A stretch of DNA of 60,270 bases, the filler included. It is 3 parts of 3 records of this genome, joined end to end, with 100 filler letters (N's around TTAATTAATTAA, not from the genome) between each part and the next. Parts side by side here need not be neighbours in the genome. Positions count along the whole stretch, not along the records: positions 1 to 18,351 come from SRR20825019_495; positions 18,452 to 41,324 come from SRR20825019_497; 1 more part is not named here. One strand, given 5' to 3'. A program made the translations under genes and the position numbers. The notes under the pieces were generated by a model. It was not told where the DNA came from. It made no database searches and was given only the letters and a program-made list of their open reading frames with translations. How positions within the stretch are numbered: the first letter of the stretch is position 1; every line of letters starts with the position of its first letter. Positions 17,015 through 27,307 of the stretch are shown here, piece after piece.

Positions 17015-17134
17015 GCCGTAGCGGGGTTGACATGAAAGGGCAGAGGGGGATAATCCCCCGTTACAGACTGCATTCTTTCGCCCCACTACGGCGTTAGATT
17101 TAAGCCACGAAACCTTGCCGGGTTTCGTGGCTTT
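17015..17134. ncRNA. Structured leader RNA (- strand) and candidate antisense RNA (+ strand)
   Basis: Nested stems at 17015-17092 and a perfect 13-bp hairpin at 17102-17133; + strand TTGACA-N16-GATAAT at 17027-17054. Confidence 0.5.
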
Positions 17135-17563
17135 CCAATGTTTACCCACAAGATATTGATTCTGCAAGCCTCCGTGGTGTCAATAGGTCTGTGGCTGCTT
17201 GTATTGGCCACACAGTGGTCTTTCGCTTTTTGGCTGGAACCCTAGGCGCTCTGCCGACATGGCCGTCTATGCCCCGTCACAGGCTCGATTCCAGCGTGTT
17301 CTGCTATTGTACACACGAGCCTGAAACCTTCTGCGCATTTGCGGACGACAACCGCTTGAACCTGAGCGCGACGTAACTCTGTTAGACCTTTTTACTATCG
17401 TCACCATTCTGGCCTAGAAGCTCCGCCCAGACGTGGCAGAAGCCGTACAAAATTTTTCGAATCATGATCAATGACTTAACCCAGCTTGGTAAGTTATTTC
17501 GGTTATTTCGCTTGTTTCGTTTGGCATGGGTAGTAAGTATACCTCAAGCTTAGGAGATGACAC

Positions 17564-18019
17564 ATGGCTGATACAATTGACAAATCCAGCCTCTCAACGA
17601 GGCCACCAACCGATATTGAGATTGAAAGCGCATCTGAGGCAGCGGTTGCACTCGCCGGTGCGATAGAAGCCGATGGAGGGCTGAAAGTTGGCGGCGCGAA
17701 CGGCAAGCTGCTGAGCATCGCCCCTGCCATTGGTCAGCTTTTGGCCGAGTTGCTCGGACACGTGGCAAAAGGCGAAATGGTTACTCTGGTACCAACAGGC
17801 ACGCTGCTCACAACCCAGGAAGCCGCTGACATTTTGAATGTGTCACGGCCATTTCTGATCAAGCTGCTAAAGCGCGGTGAGATTGACCACGTTATGGTCG
17901 GGACGCACCGGAAAATTCCACTTGGAAATTTGCTGCATTACAAGTCGGAGATGGACAGCAGGCAGAAGCGAGCTTTGAAAAAAATAGCTAGTCTTGGCCA
18001 AGAGTACGACGCTTCGTGA
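17564..18019 (+). CDS. Excisionase-family (HTH_17) DNA-binding antitoxin
   Basis: LLTTQEAADILNVSRPFLIKLLKRGEI...VGTHRKI; RBS AGGAG. Confidence 0.88.
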   Translation: MADTIDKSSLSTRPPTDIEIESASEAAVALAGAIEADGGLKVGGANGKLLSIAPAIGQLLAELLGHVAKGEMVTLVPTGTLLTTQEAADILNVSRPFLIKLLKRGEIDHVMVGTHRKIPLGNLLHYKSEMDSRQKRALKKIASLGQEYDAS

Positions 18020-18351
18020 GTCACATCGCGAACCCATTTGTTGTAATTCTTGACGCAAACGTCCTGTACCCCTTCAGAGTGCGGGATGTTTTGCTCCACT
18101 TTGCCCATGCGGGGCTATTTCGCGCACGATGGACCGACAAGATAATGAGCGAGTGGACGTCCAATCTTATCGCCAACAAGCCTGCGCTCGAAGCAAGTGT
18201 CCGAGCGCAGGTAGACGCAATACGCGAGAATTTCGAGGAGTGCTGGGTGGATGGATACAGCAGCATCGAAAGTGTGCTTGTCCTACCGGATGAGGATGAC
18301 CGCCACGTCCTCGCCGCTGCAATTGCGCATTTCGCGGAAGTTGGGCAGTGA
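18016..18351 (+). CDS. PIN-domain toxin (PIN_3/VapC50-like), apparently C-terminally truncated
   Basis: VILDANVLYP...RD.LL...W...I..EW...LPDEDDRHVLAAAI; stops at the contig end after 111 aa. Confidence 0.85.
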   Translation: MSHIANPFVVILDANVLYPFRVRDVLLHFAHAGLFRARWTDKIMSEWTSNLIANKPALEASVRAQVDAIRENFEECWVDGYSSIESVLVLPDEDDRHVLAAAIAHFAEVGQ

Positions 18352-18451
18352 NNNNNNNNNNNNNNNNNNNNNNNNNNNNNNNNNNNNNNNNNNNNTTAAT
18401 TAATTAANNNNNNNNNNNNNNNNNNNNNNNNNNNNNNNNNNNNNNNNNNNN
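18352..18451. other. Artificial contig linker
   Basis: N44-TTAATTAATTAA-N44 (stop codons in all six frames). Confidence 0.98.
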
Positions 18452-19681
18452 CGCGCCGTCCACCATCATGCCGATGCCGATGGCGAGGCCCGCCAGCGAC
18501 ATCAGATTGGCGGAAAGCCCTGCATTTTCCATGAAAATGAAGGCGATCAACATGGCGAGCGGTAATGCAGCGATGACGACCAGAGCAGACCGCAGTTCAC
18601 CCAGGAACAGAAACAGCACGATCGCAACCAGAATAGAACCCTCAATGAGTGCATTCTCAGCGGTTGAAACGGCTTTTTCCACGAGTTCGGTCCGGTCGTA
18701 GATTGGCTTGATCACCACACCGTCCGGCAGTGCCTGTTCTACAATACCGACCTTATCCTTGACCGCATCGACCACGTTTTTGGCATTCTCCCCAATCCGG
18801 GACAAGGCCATACCGAGCACGACCTCCTTGCCGTCACGGGTGACAGCACCGAACCGGAGCGCCCCGGCTTGTGAGATTGTCGCAATATCCTTCAGGTACA
18901 CCGGCGTACCGTCGGCCTCCTTGACGACAATGTTGCCGAGGTCCTCTTCGCCGCGTACGAGCCCGAGGCCGCGAACCAGATACTGTTCCGGCCCCTGATC
19001 GATATACTGGCCGCCTACCTGCCGGTTATTGGCTTGGATCACTTCCATCACATCGCGGTAACCGAGGTCGTATTTGATCAGTTTGAGGGGGTCGATCTGA
19101 ACCTGATACTGGCGTTCCTGGCCACCCCAGGACATGACATCGTCCACACCGGGCGCTGTTCTCAGGATCAGCCGGATGGTCCAGTCCTGCAAGGTACGCA
19201 GGTCCATCTCGCTGTCGGCACCGGCCAGCTTTTCATCTGCCTGCTCGACGGTGTACCAGAAGACCTGGCCGAGCCCCGATGTGTTGGGGCCCATCTCCGG
19301 TGTGCCATAGCCTTCCGGAATACGGTCACCCACTTCAGCCAGCCGCTCCATGACGAGGCGTCGCACGAAATAGATGTCCATGTCGTCTTCAAAATAGACA
19401 GCAACATAAGAGAGGCCAAAAAGGCTGACGGAGCGGATTTCCTGCACGCCGGGCAAACCGGCCATGCCGGATTCCACCGGGAACGTGAGCAGTTGTTCCA
19501 CGTCCTCAGCCGCCAAGCCTGGCGATTCCGTATAAATATTCACCTGTACCGGAGTGACATCCGGAAAGGCATCGATCGGAACGGTGTTGACGGCGCGCCA
19601 GCCCATGAAGCCAACGACCAGAAACGCGATGATCACCAGAAATTTATACTGGAGCGCGCTTTCTACGAGTTTGTTCAACAT
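18452..19681 (-). CDS. czcA: CusA/CzcA-family heavy-metal RND permease (N-terminal part only)
   Basis: PIDAFPDVTPVQV...PG.AAEDVEQL.TFPVE...RS.SLFGLS...ANLMSL.GLAI.IG..VDG; cut at the contig end. Confidence 0.92.
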
Positions 19682-19690
19682 ATGCGCCTC

Positions 19691-20866
19691 CTAATGCCCG
19701 TGGCCTTCACCCATCTTGGACTTCAAGATGAGGGATTTGATATGGAAGGCGTTTTCGACAACGATCACATCGCCGCCAAAGAGGCCGGCTTTCACCTCTG
19801 TCCAACCGCCTTTGGAGATTCCGATGTCAATCGGCATGGGATGCAGCTCATCGCCTTCGCGCTTGAATACTACATGTTGTCCTTCAAGAAGGACGATTGC
19901 GCTATCTGGTACAGCAACGACCCGTTCGGTTTCTCCTGTCTGGATCTCTACATCAGTGAACTGGCCAGCATGAAGGCTGTCTTGACTGTTGTTCACCTCA
20001 ATCCGGACAGACAGGGTTCGTGTCGCCTCATCCACACGGTGGTGAACCTGGACCACGGTCCCGGTCATTGAAACGCCGTTCTTTTTGACCCAGGCCTGAG
20101 CGCCACGCGCGATCAAGGCAGCTTTTTCCGGCGACAGTTGGGCTTCCACCCAAATCCGGCTTTCATCGCTCACTTCGAACAGTATGTTGCCGGGTGCAAC
20201 AATCTGCCCCACAACGAACGTGTCATGAATGATGGTGCCGTCCTGGTTGGCCAGCAGGTCAAATTCGCCGGTGGCGGCAGACACCTCGTTTACCAGCAGA
20301 TTTTTGACCTGCGCCTCCGACATACCGTAGGCGAGTACTTTGGCCTTTGCTTGTTGGGCTGCTATCTTCGCTTCCAGGAAGCGTTGTTCGGAGACAACAT
20401 CCCGCCCGAGCTTCTGAACCCTTTGCCATTCCTGCTCCGCCAGGATGAGGTTGGCCTGCGCTTCAGCCATTTCCACGCTGGAAAGGGTCACGAGAGGCTG
20501 GCCTTTCTTGACCGCATCCCCCATCCGGACGTGGCGCGCAACGACCTGGGCTTCAATACGCGGTGTCACCTGCAGGGTGGCGTATTGATTGACCGTGACT
20601 TCACCGGGTGCGGACAAAGTCTCTACCAGTGGGCGTGGTGCAACGCGGGCAGTAACAACGCGAGCTTCACGCATATCCGCGTCAGTCAATGTGATGTTTT
20701 CTTCTTCACCGTGCTCTTCGCCTTCTGCTTCAGCATGGTCGTTGCCATGTTCGTCCTGCTCAGAGGCAAATACCGCATTATACTGGGGCACCATGCCGGA
20801 AGTGGCCGTGTTGATGGCGAGCGGTGAAACCAGCGCCAGTAGGGCAAATTTTATTGAGTATTTCAT
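19691..20866 (-). CDS. czcB: CzcB/CusB-family RND membrane-fusion protein
   Basis: His/Glu-rich N-terminus, lipoyl-like GDAVKKGQPL, C-terminal GEGHGH. Confidence 0.9.
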   Translation of the reverse strand: MKYSIKFALLALVSPLAINTATSGMVPQYNAVFASEQDEHGNDHAEAEGEEHGEEENITLTDADMREARVVTARVAPRPLVETLSAPGEVTVNQYATLQVTPRIEAQVVARHVRMGDAVKKGQPLVTLSSVEMAEAQANLILAEQEWQRVQKLGRDVVSEQRFLEAKIAAQQAKAKVLAYGMSEAQVKNLLVNEVSAATGEFDLLANQDGTIIHDTFVVGQIVAPGNILFEVSDESRIWVEAQLSPEKAALIARGAQAWVKKNGVSMTGTVVQVHHRVDEATRTLSVRIEVNNSQDSLHAGQFTDVEIQTGETERVVAVPDSAIVLLEGQHVVFKREGDELHPMPIDIGISKGGWTEVKAGLFGGDVIVVENAFHIKSLILKSKMGEGHGH

Positions 20867-22104
20867 TGAATTGTCTCCAGCCATGCGTCAACCGTTGCAC
20901 CGGCGTCCTGCCAGTCGAACCAGGCGTTCCAGAGCCGACCTTTCAGATCGACAGATGCCTCTTCGGTTGCGAATGTTTGATTGAGTTGGATCAGATAATC
21001 GATGGCACCGATCTGGCGTGCTTCCAGAAGCTTGCCGAGCAGCAACCGCTGCTCCCTAAGCGGTTCAGCGCCCTGATCCTGCCACAGGCTCCATGCTCGG
21101 GAGGCGGCCAGATAGCGCTTCAGGCTGGCATCATAACGAGCCCGCATCCGCCGATTTTCGGCATAGAAACTTTGCTGTGCTTCCACAAAGTCGGACCCGG
21201 CAGCATTCACTTCATCGCGGTAACTGTTACGGATCGGGATGGGTATAGAGGCAGAAAGGCCCACAAGGCTGCTGTTGCCTTCTTCACCAACCCTGACACC
21301 AACAGTGGGATCGGGCATGCGCTCGGTCTTCGCGACCCTGATCCGGGCTCTGGCGATCTCGGTTTGTGCCCGAGCGAGGCGCAGTTCGGGAAGGCCTTCA
21401 TAAGCAGCCGTTTCCGGTGCGACGACGGTTTGGAGTGGAGCCCCCGTCAGGTGCGGCCATATCTGTCGGTCCTCACCGGTGATTGCTACCAGGCCTTCTT
21501 CCGCCATCGACAGGGCGAGCATAGCCGCATTTTTCGCCGCGCGTGCTTCCGCGAGGGCCAACCGGGCCGTCAGCAACTCAGCCTGCGGCATCTCGCCCGC
21601 CTTTTGGCGGCGGGTAGCAAGGTCGAGAAACCTTTCACTCAGGGTTTCGCGCTGCGACGCAACCTCCAAAAGCCGGGAGGCAGTTTGATAATCGGAAAGC
21701 GCCTTCAGAATGTCGCTCAGCAGGGCTTTCCTGGCGATAGCGTAGCGGGCCTCAGCCGCATCGACTTCGGCGCGGCCAACACCACTGCGGGCCTTGCGCT
21801 TGCCCGACCAGTCGAAGGTTTGTGACAGACCAACTTCTTTGGTCACCTCCGCGGCATTCTCGTAGCCAACTTCGACTTCAGGGTTATAGATCGGGCGCGA
21901 TTGACCCTTAGCCCTGGCACGTGCGGCGGCCAAAGCCGCCTCAGACGCCATCAGGGCTGGATGGTCATTTGTAACCTGTTCAATAAATTCATGGAGGACG
22001 GGGCGCTTCTGGCTGTCCGCCCATGCGGCAGGGCCTCTTTGCACTATGCCGGTGCAAAGGCCTATCACCGCGACACCCATAAGGGCAAGTCGCATATGTT
22101 TCAT
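20863..22104 (-). CDS. czcC: CzcC/TolC-family outer-membrane efflux protein
   Basis: Signal peptide, NPE..., LSQTFDW.GKR.AR, SIPIPIRN..R repeats; operon position. Confidence 0.88.
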   Translation of the reverse strand: MKHMRLALMGVAVIGLCTGIVQRGPAAWADSQKRPVLHEFIEQVTNDHPALMASEAALAAARARAKGQSRPIYNPEVEVGYENAAEVTKEVGLSQTFDWSGKRKARSGVGRAEVDAAEARYAIARKALLSDILKALSDYQTASRLLEVASQRETLSERFLDLATRRQKAGEMPQAELLTARLALAEARAAKNAAMLALSMAEEGLVAITGEDRQIWPHLTGAPLQTVVAPETAAYEGLPELRLARAQTEIARARIRVAKTERMPDPTVGVRVGEEGNSSLVGLSASIPIPIRNSYRDEVNAAGSDFVEAQQSFYAENRRMRARYDASLKRYLAASRAWSLWQDQGAEPLREQRLLLGKLLEARQIGAIDYLIQLNQTFATEEASVDLKGRLWNAWFDWQDAGATVDAWLETIQ

Positions 22105-22193
22105 GCTTATTCACTCTCAAAATGATTGATACATGCGCGGCCCATCAGACTTTCCATTAGGAAAGTACTGGCATGGCCCTCGCAAGGACAACG

Positions 22194-22508
22194 TTAGGAG
22201 AGTTTCGTGGAAGGTGGCTGCAATCCCGGTTTGGGGTTCAGGCCGTTTATCGCAGTAGTGGCAACCTGGCGCGTTTTAAAGTGTGCATTGTTGATCGTCA
22301 GGGCAGCAACCTTTGCGATAGATACCCCGTGATGAATGACATGGCAGATGCAATGCAAATCCGCGGAGGCACCTTCTTCGTGATCGACTGTATCGTGATA
22401 GGCTTCGCTGATGTGGTCGTCGGACTCCCGGGGATCAAGGAACGCGATGTCCAAGGCAGGTGCCGTTACGAAGATAAACAGCAGCAATATTTTTAAATAT
22501 TTAGCCAT
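22194..22508 (-). CDS. Small His/Cys-rich CzcI-like protein
   Basis: LHCICHVIHH and C-terminal LQPP, upstream of czcC. Confidence 0.6.
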   Translation of the reverse strand: MAKYLKILLLFIFVTAPALDIAFLDPRESDDHISEAYHDTVDHEEGASADLHCICHVIHHGVSIAKVAALTINNAHFKTRQVATTAINGLNPKPGLQPPSTKLS

Positions 22509-22561
22509 AGGTTAAATCAATATCTTCGCTCGGGTTCACGCCTATAGGTTTCTTACAAGCT

Positions 22562-23215
22562 TTAGCTACAATTGTCACTTGCGGTATTCTGACGCTGCTT
22601 CTCTTCAGACAGTTCTTTCCAGGATTGCTGAACAATTTTTGTGGCAGAATGGATAAAGAGGCTACCCATGATACCCGCAACCAAAAGGTCCGGCCAGGCG
22701 GCATCGGTCGCCGCGATACCCGAAGCCGCGAGGATAACTGCGAGGTTGCCGATCGCATCGTTGCGGCTGCAGAGCCAGACCGAGCGAACGTTGCTGTCTC
22801 CATCTTTGTATTTGAGCAGCAAGACGGCGCTAATCACGTTAGCGGCGAAGGCAGCAACACCAATCGCTCCCATGGTCAGGGCTTCGGGTACGCCTTCAAT
22901 GAAGACGCGGTAAAACGTACTGCCTAACACCCAGGCTGCAATTGCAAAAAGGGATATGCCTTTGAAAAGGCCTGCCTTGGCCCGCACCGCGAGCGGCATT
23001 CCAATAACAATAAGGGAGATTGTGTAGGTCGCGCTGTCACCCAGGAAATCAAGCGAGTCCGCCAGCAGGGCCATTGAACCTGCCGCCAAGCCGCCAAAGA
23101 GCTCAACGAAAAACATGCCAAGATTGATAACAATGATAACAATCAAAATCCGCTTATAGGCCGGAGACGTTCCATCAAAATTCTGATCTGCACCACATCC
23201 ACAATCGCCAGACAT
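22562..23215 (-). CDS. CDF-family cation transporter
   Basis: SMALLADSLDFLGD...VRSVWLCSRNDAIGN...WPD. Confidence 0.9.
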   Translation of the reverse strand: MSGDCGCGADQNFDGTSPAYKRILIVIIVINLGMFFVELFGGLAAGSMALLADSLDFLGDSATYTISLIVIGMPLAVRAKAGLFKGISLFAIAAWVLGSTFYRVFIEGVPEALTMGAIGVAAFAANVISAVLLLKYKDGDSNVRSVWLCSRNDAIGNLAVILAASGIAATDAAWPDLLVAGIMGSLFIHSATKIVQQSWKELSEEKQRQNTASDNCS

Positions 23216-23252
23216 TTTTCTACCTCGAATCATTGTTGGTTTCTTGTATTAA

Positions 23253-23283
23253 ACTCTACATGCTACAGTCGCTGTAGGAGCAA
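23253..23283 (-). promoter_or_regulatory. MerR-type (CadR/PbrR-like) promoter-operator for the CDF gene
   Basis: TTGCTC-19 nt-TAGAGT on the - strand enclosing the palindrome CTACAG-N3-CTGTAG. Confidence 0.85.
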
Positions 23284-23294
23284 GGAGAAAATTT

Positions 23295-23717
23295 ATGGCG
23301 CAGGATTTTATGATCGGTGAGCTGGCAAAACGCACAGATACCAAGGTACAAACGATCCGCTATTATGAAGAAATTGGTGTCATGCCAAAAGCGATAAGGG
23401 CTGCAAATAACCGGCGCCTCTACAATGAAATTCATCTGGAGCGGTTGACCTTCATTCGACATAGTCGCGAACTGGGCTTCTCCCTTGATGATATCAGGAA
23501 CCTTCTGGAGCTTTCAGATCAGCCCGATAGACCATGCGAAGAAGTTGACGCAATCGCACGAGGTCATCTTAAAGAGGTAGAACGGAAGATTGCGGCGCTT
23601 CAGGTGATGCAGGCAGAACTGAAGCGTATGATTACCAATTGTTCAGGCGGCGCTATATCAGATTGCAGGATTATCAAGGTGCTTGCAGATCACAGCCTCT
23701 GCCAAAGTCACAAATAA
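23295..23717 (+). CDS. MerR-family metal-responsive regulator (CadR/PbrR-like)
   Basis: IGELAK...VQTIRYYE...LTFIRHSRELGFSL...PC...C....DCRII. Confidence 0.92.
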   Translation: MAQDFMIGELAKRTDTKVQTIRYYEEIGVMPKAIRAANNRRLYNEIHLERLTFIRHSRELGFSLDDIRNLLELSDQPDRPCEEVDAIARGHLKEVERKIAALQVMQAELKRMITNCSGGAISDCRIIKVLADHSLCQSHK

Positions 23718-23837
23718 TTGCTGCTTTGGATTGGAAAGTGTCCTCTGTCGATAGGGGTAGCATGACTGTTTTCTGATCAACAAAGCAGACATATTATGAA
23801 ACTCTTTTCTAACATTGAAGTATCCAACCAGCTCAGG

Positions 23838-24085
23838 AATAAGGGAAAACTGATTTGGCAACAGCCACCTTTAAAGCTGAAGGGGATTTGGGTGGTTCGG
23901 GCTATCTGCTCCCCAGTCTGGTCAAGCGCAAACGTCATCTGTTGACAGGGCAATATGTATGTGCTGTGAAGTCGTGGATCAAAGATATTGGTCTCGACCC
24001 AGCCAGCTATGGCACACACTCACTGTGGTAGACCAATGCCTCCCTCATTTCCAAGCAGACCAAGAACTTGAGGGCGGTCCAGCTG
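23838..24085 (+). pseudogene. Internally deleted tyrosine recombinase remnant
   Basis: NKGKLIWQQPPLKLKGIWVVR is followed within ~50 nt by QYVCAVKSWIKDIGLDPASYGTHSLW*TNASLISKQTKNLRAVQL. Confidence 0.75.
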
Positions 24086-24395
24086 TCGTCGAGGCCCTCA
24101 TTCTGGCCGTCGGATTCAAACTAACGGGCGCCTTCAAGATCCAGAAAAGGCTTTCCAAAAGGCGTGCCGTCGTCACTTCCTCGTCCATATTTGATATTGG
24201 CTATAATCTGGTGAATGGCCTTTTTATCGGCATTGTCGGCCAGTGATGGCAGGCTCAGGAACGTAAATAATAGCAGTGAATAAACCGCTCTCATAACAGA
24301 CCTTCGCGTATTCTCTTGTTATGTCTCTTGTGCTAGGGACGGTGACGCCAACGCAAACCAATGTGCATATTACTGATTGGGAGAGGAAAAACGCG

Positions 24396-24863
24396 ATGAA
24401 AACATCAAAGCTGGCTCTGTTAGCGCTGTTTGTGGTGGTGTTAGGTACTCTAATGGTCTTTTTCAAGCCGGGTTTATCGCCGGACAAGGCGACCTTTACT
24501 CCGACCTTGCAGTCTGGCAACAGTGATCTGGTGAGCCGCGGGCGTGTTATCTATGCTGGGCAGTGCGCTGCCTGCCATGGCAGTAATCTGGAAGGTCAGC
24601 CAAACTGGCGACAGCGAAACCTGAATGGCCGTTTGCCAGCGCCGCCTCACGACGAGACCGGCCATACATGGCACCATCCCGATGCAATCCTCTTCGCCAT
24701 CACAAAATATGGTCCTGTCGCGCTGGTTGGGGGCTCGACTTACGAAAGCGACATGCCAGCCTATGACGGTGTGCTGACGGACGAGGAAATTGTCGCAGTG
24801 CTGTCCTATATCAAGAGCCAGTGGCCCGAGTATATCCGCATGCGACACGATCAGATGAATTAA
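24396..24863 (+). CDS. Monoheme c-type cytochrome
   Basis: CAACHG, APPHDETGHTWHHPD, MPAY; N-terminal membrane anchor. Confidence 0.9.
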   Translation: MKTSKLALLALFVVVLGTLMVFFKPGLSPDKATFTPTLQSGNSDLVSRGRVIYAGQCAACHGSNLEGQPNWRQRNLNGRLPAPPHDETGHTWHHPDAILFAITKYGPVALVGGSTYESDMPAYDGVLTDEEIVAVLSYIKSQWPEYIRMRHDQMN

Positions 24864-24883
24864 TGGCGCAAGATGGTTTTCTT

Positions 24884-26206
24884 TCACGACTGATCATGCC
24901 CTTTCGCATGATCATGGCGCAGCGCGCCCAGATAATATTTTTCAAACAGGAAAATGACGAATATTCCGCTGAAGGACACAAATATTATCAGTGGGTCAGA
25001 TAATCCTTTCATCACAAGGAAAGCAACCAGCGCGACAAGATCAAGCACGATTGCCGTGATGAGAATGAGGCTATTGGCGCCAACATCATGTTTGAGATAC
25101 CGATACACCCCCCAGTGAATGATGATATCCATGATCAGGTAGAATATTGCGCCCATTGATGCAATGCGGCTGAGGTCAAAAAAAGCAGCAAGCAAACTGG
25201 CCAGAACCACGGTGTATACCAGTGTATGTTTTTGTATATTACCGGGCATGCCAAAATGGCGATGTGGTATGAGGTTCATATCGGTGAGCATTGCCAGCAT
25301 ACGCGAAACCGCGAATATACTGGCAAGCAATCCGGAAGCTGTGGCAATCAAGGCGATTGCAATGGTAAACCACACTCCATATTGGCCGGTTGCAGGGCGG
25401 GCAGCCTCGGCCAGCGAATAATCTTTGGCTTTGACTATTTCATCAATGGTCAGGTTTGAGCTGACTGCGAAACTCACAAGAAGATATGTGACCAAACATA
25501 TAACAAGTGAGATAATGATCGCGCGTGCGACGTTGGTTTTGGGATATTGAATCTCGCCGCCACTATTGGTGATTGTTGTAAATCCTTTATATGCAAGGAT
25601 TGCAAGGGCGGTCGCGGCAAAGAAGTTTGCTACTGATGACTGCGTGATTTCGGGTTGAAGTTCCGGGGTAAACTTGAACCCGGCTGCAACAAGGGCCAAC
25701 CCGGAAAAAATCAATATTCCCCCAATCTTCACAATGGCGGAAACCAGTGAGATTCGGCTGATCAACTTGTTTCCTGCCATATTTGCCAGGAATGCGACAA
25801 AGATTAACCCAATGGCGATCACTGGTACCAGTATCGGCTCGTTGTCTGTGTCAAAGAGTTTCAGCGCATATGTGCTAAACGTGCGTGCAACGAGGCTTTC
25901 ATTAATGATCATTGAGAATGCCATGAGAAGGGCTGCGCTCCCCGTCACCGTCGTTGCCCCATAAGCTTTGTGCAAGATCATGGCTATGCCACCAGAGGAG
26001 GGATATTTACGCGATACCATAATATAGCTATAGGCGCTAAAACCGCTGATAACCGCGGCTATTAGGAATGCAAGTGGAAAGAGTGGACCGGCAAGTTCTG
26101 CTACTTGCCCTGTCAACGCAAAGATGCCAGCACCAATCATAACACCGGTGCCCATGGCGACCGTGCCCTTAAGGGATAAGCTTCCCTCTCTGTATTGCGT
26201 ATCCAA
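24884..26206 (-). CDS. APC-family permease
   Basis: GTGVMIGAGIF, PSSGG, LAYKGFTTITN; ~12 TM segments; His-rich tail. Confidence 0.88.
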   Translation of the reverse strand: MDTQYREGSLSLKGTVAMGTGVMIGAGIFALTGQVAELAGPLFPLAFLIAAVISGFSAYSYIMVSRKYPSSGGIAMILHKAYGATTVTGSAALLMAFSMIINESLVARTFSTYALKLFDTDNEPILVPVIAIGLIFVAFLANMAGNKLISRISLVSAIVKIGGILIFSGLALVAAGFKFTPELQPEITQSSVANFFAATALAILAYKGFTTITNSGGEIQYPKTNVARAIIISLVICLVTYLLVSFAVSSNLTIDEIVKAKDYSLAEAARPATGQYGVWFTIAIALIATASGLLASIFAVSRMLAMLTDMNLIPHRHFGMPGNIQKHTLVYTVVLASLLAAFFDLSRIASMGAIFYLIMDIIIHWGVYRYLKHDVGANSLILITAIVLDLVALVAFLVMKGLSDPLIIFVSFSGIFVIFLFEKYYLGALRHDHAKGHDQS

Positions 26207-26340
26207 AATGCTCTCCCGTAAACCGTAAAACTAAGCCTGGGCAGAATGTCAGATAAGTAAAGTCACGTCGACTGTTGGGTGTAGCAAATATATCTGCGGC
26301 ATTTATTGAAAGTTCCGCGTTATCTAGGATTGAGAGGAAA

Positions 26341-27277
26341 TTATTCTGCCATAATGTTTCCAGTCAGTTCGGGTTTTTCCTGAATGATCAAGTGTGTGCC
26401 AATCCCCAGTTCGCGAACGTCTCCCGTTTCAAGAAACGAGACACTGTCCCGCACCACAATTTTTCTGCTAAATGCATCCTTTTCTGGAATTGTACAAGTG
26501 TGGTATTTCAATTTTTTCGCTAGGCATTGCATCTCGTTTGATTTCAGCGTTGGTATGATGCAATGTGCCCATGCTGTGGGTTGCACCATCTCAGTTCCCA
26601 ACACCTTTAAACTGATCGAAATGCTAGGTTGAAAAGGCTCCGAGCAGGGCACTCTTGTGCAGGTTTTTCTCAAGAGTGAATCAGTCCCCCAATCGTGCCA
26701 CATATCGAGGCAGATGGGGAATGCGTAGGAAGGTATGATGCCAACCGACAGCCTCTTCCTTCGTCACGTAATTTTTGCCAGTCGTATGGTGGGGATTCTT
26801 GACGATTACAGCGTGCCGGATGAGACAGCAGGGTCCACCAGAATACAAGTCCACCAAAGTCTTGCCCCGCCAGATTGACTTGTGTACCCCAGCGCATCCA
26901 CGTGGCGACCGACGCGCGCAAGCTGCGGTCAAGAGAATTGACGATGGTGGCGTCAATTAAAAGCGGCTCGATGCCCTCGATATTCAGGCGACTACATTCC
27001 CCCAGCGTCAGTTCGGGTCCAGATAGAGAAGACGGACGGTATTTGCGCCAGATAGACAGTGTCTGACGCTGGAGCCGATGGCGTATGGCTTGTGTATGGA
27101 CAATTGGCCGTCTGGCGTTTCGATATGCAGCGGGGTGCTTTGGGGACAGCACAGTTGCAACACATAATGATTGTTGAATTCCGTTTGACCAATAGGACCT
27201 TCGTAATAGATCCAGCCGAGGCCGATTGTCAGGTCGCCGGTCCAATCCTTTTTGCTCTGTTGTGGGGGCTTGTTCAT
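26341..27277 (-). pseudogene. Decayed gene remnants (AraC-like N-terminus; SAM-methyltransferase-like fragment)
   Basis: 27008-27277 WTGDL...YYEGPIG...HYVLQL...RHCL resembles an AraC ligand domain and then stops; GDVRELGIGT near 26400 resembles SAM motif I. Confidence 0.45.
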
Positions 27278-27307
27278 CTGAACATCTGACCTTTAATGGC
27301 TATGCTG

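Larger units (their letters stand above)
1..18351. mobile_element. tRNA-integrated phage-satellite/PICI-like element with MOB_V relaxase (right end not seen)
   Basis: att-like tRNA fragment, tyrosine integrase, AlpA, helicase, repeat cluster, TerS-like gene and TA modules; no capsid, portal, TerL or tail gene recognised. Confidence 0.75.

Noticed and set aside
18396-18407. TTAATTAATTAA palindrome, repeated at 41369-41380
   Set aside because: Artificial six-frame-stop spacer inside N runs.
19034-21825. Long + strand ORFs (345, 229 and 333 aa)
   Set aside because: Antisense shadows of czcA/B/C in GC-rich DNA.
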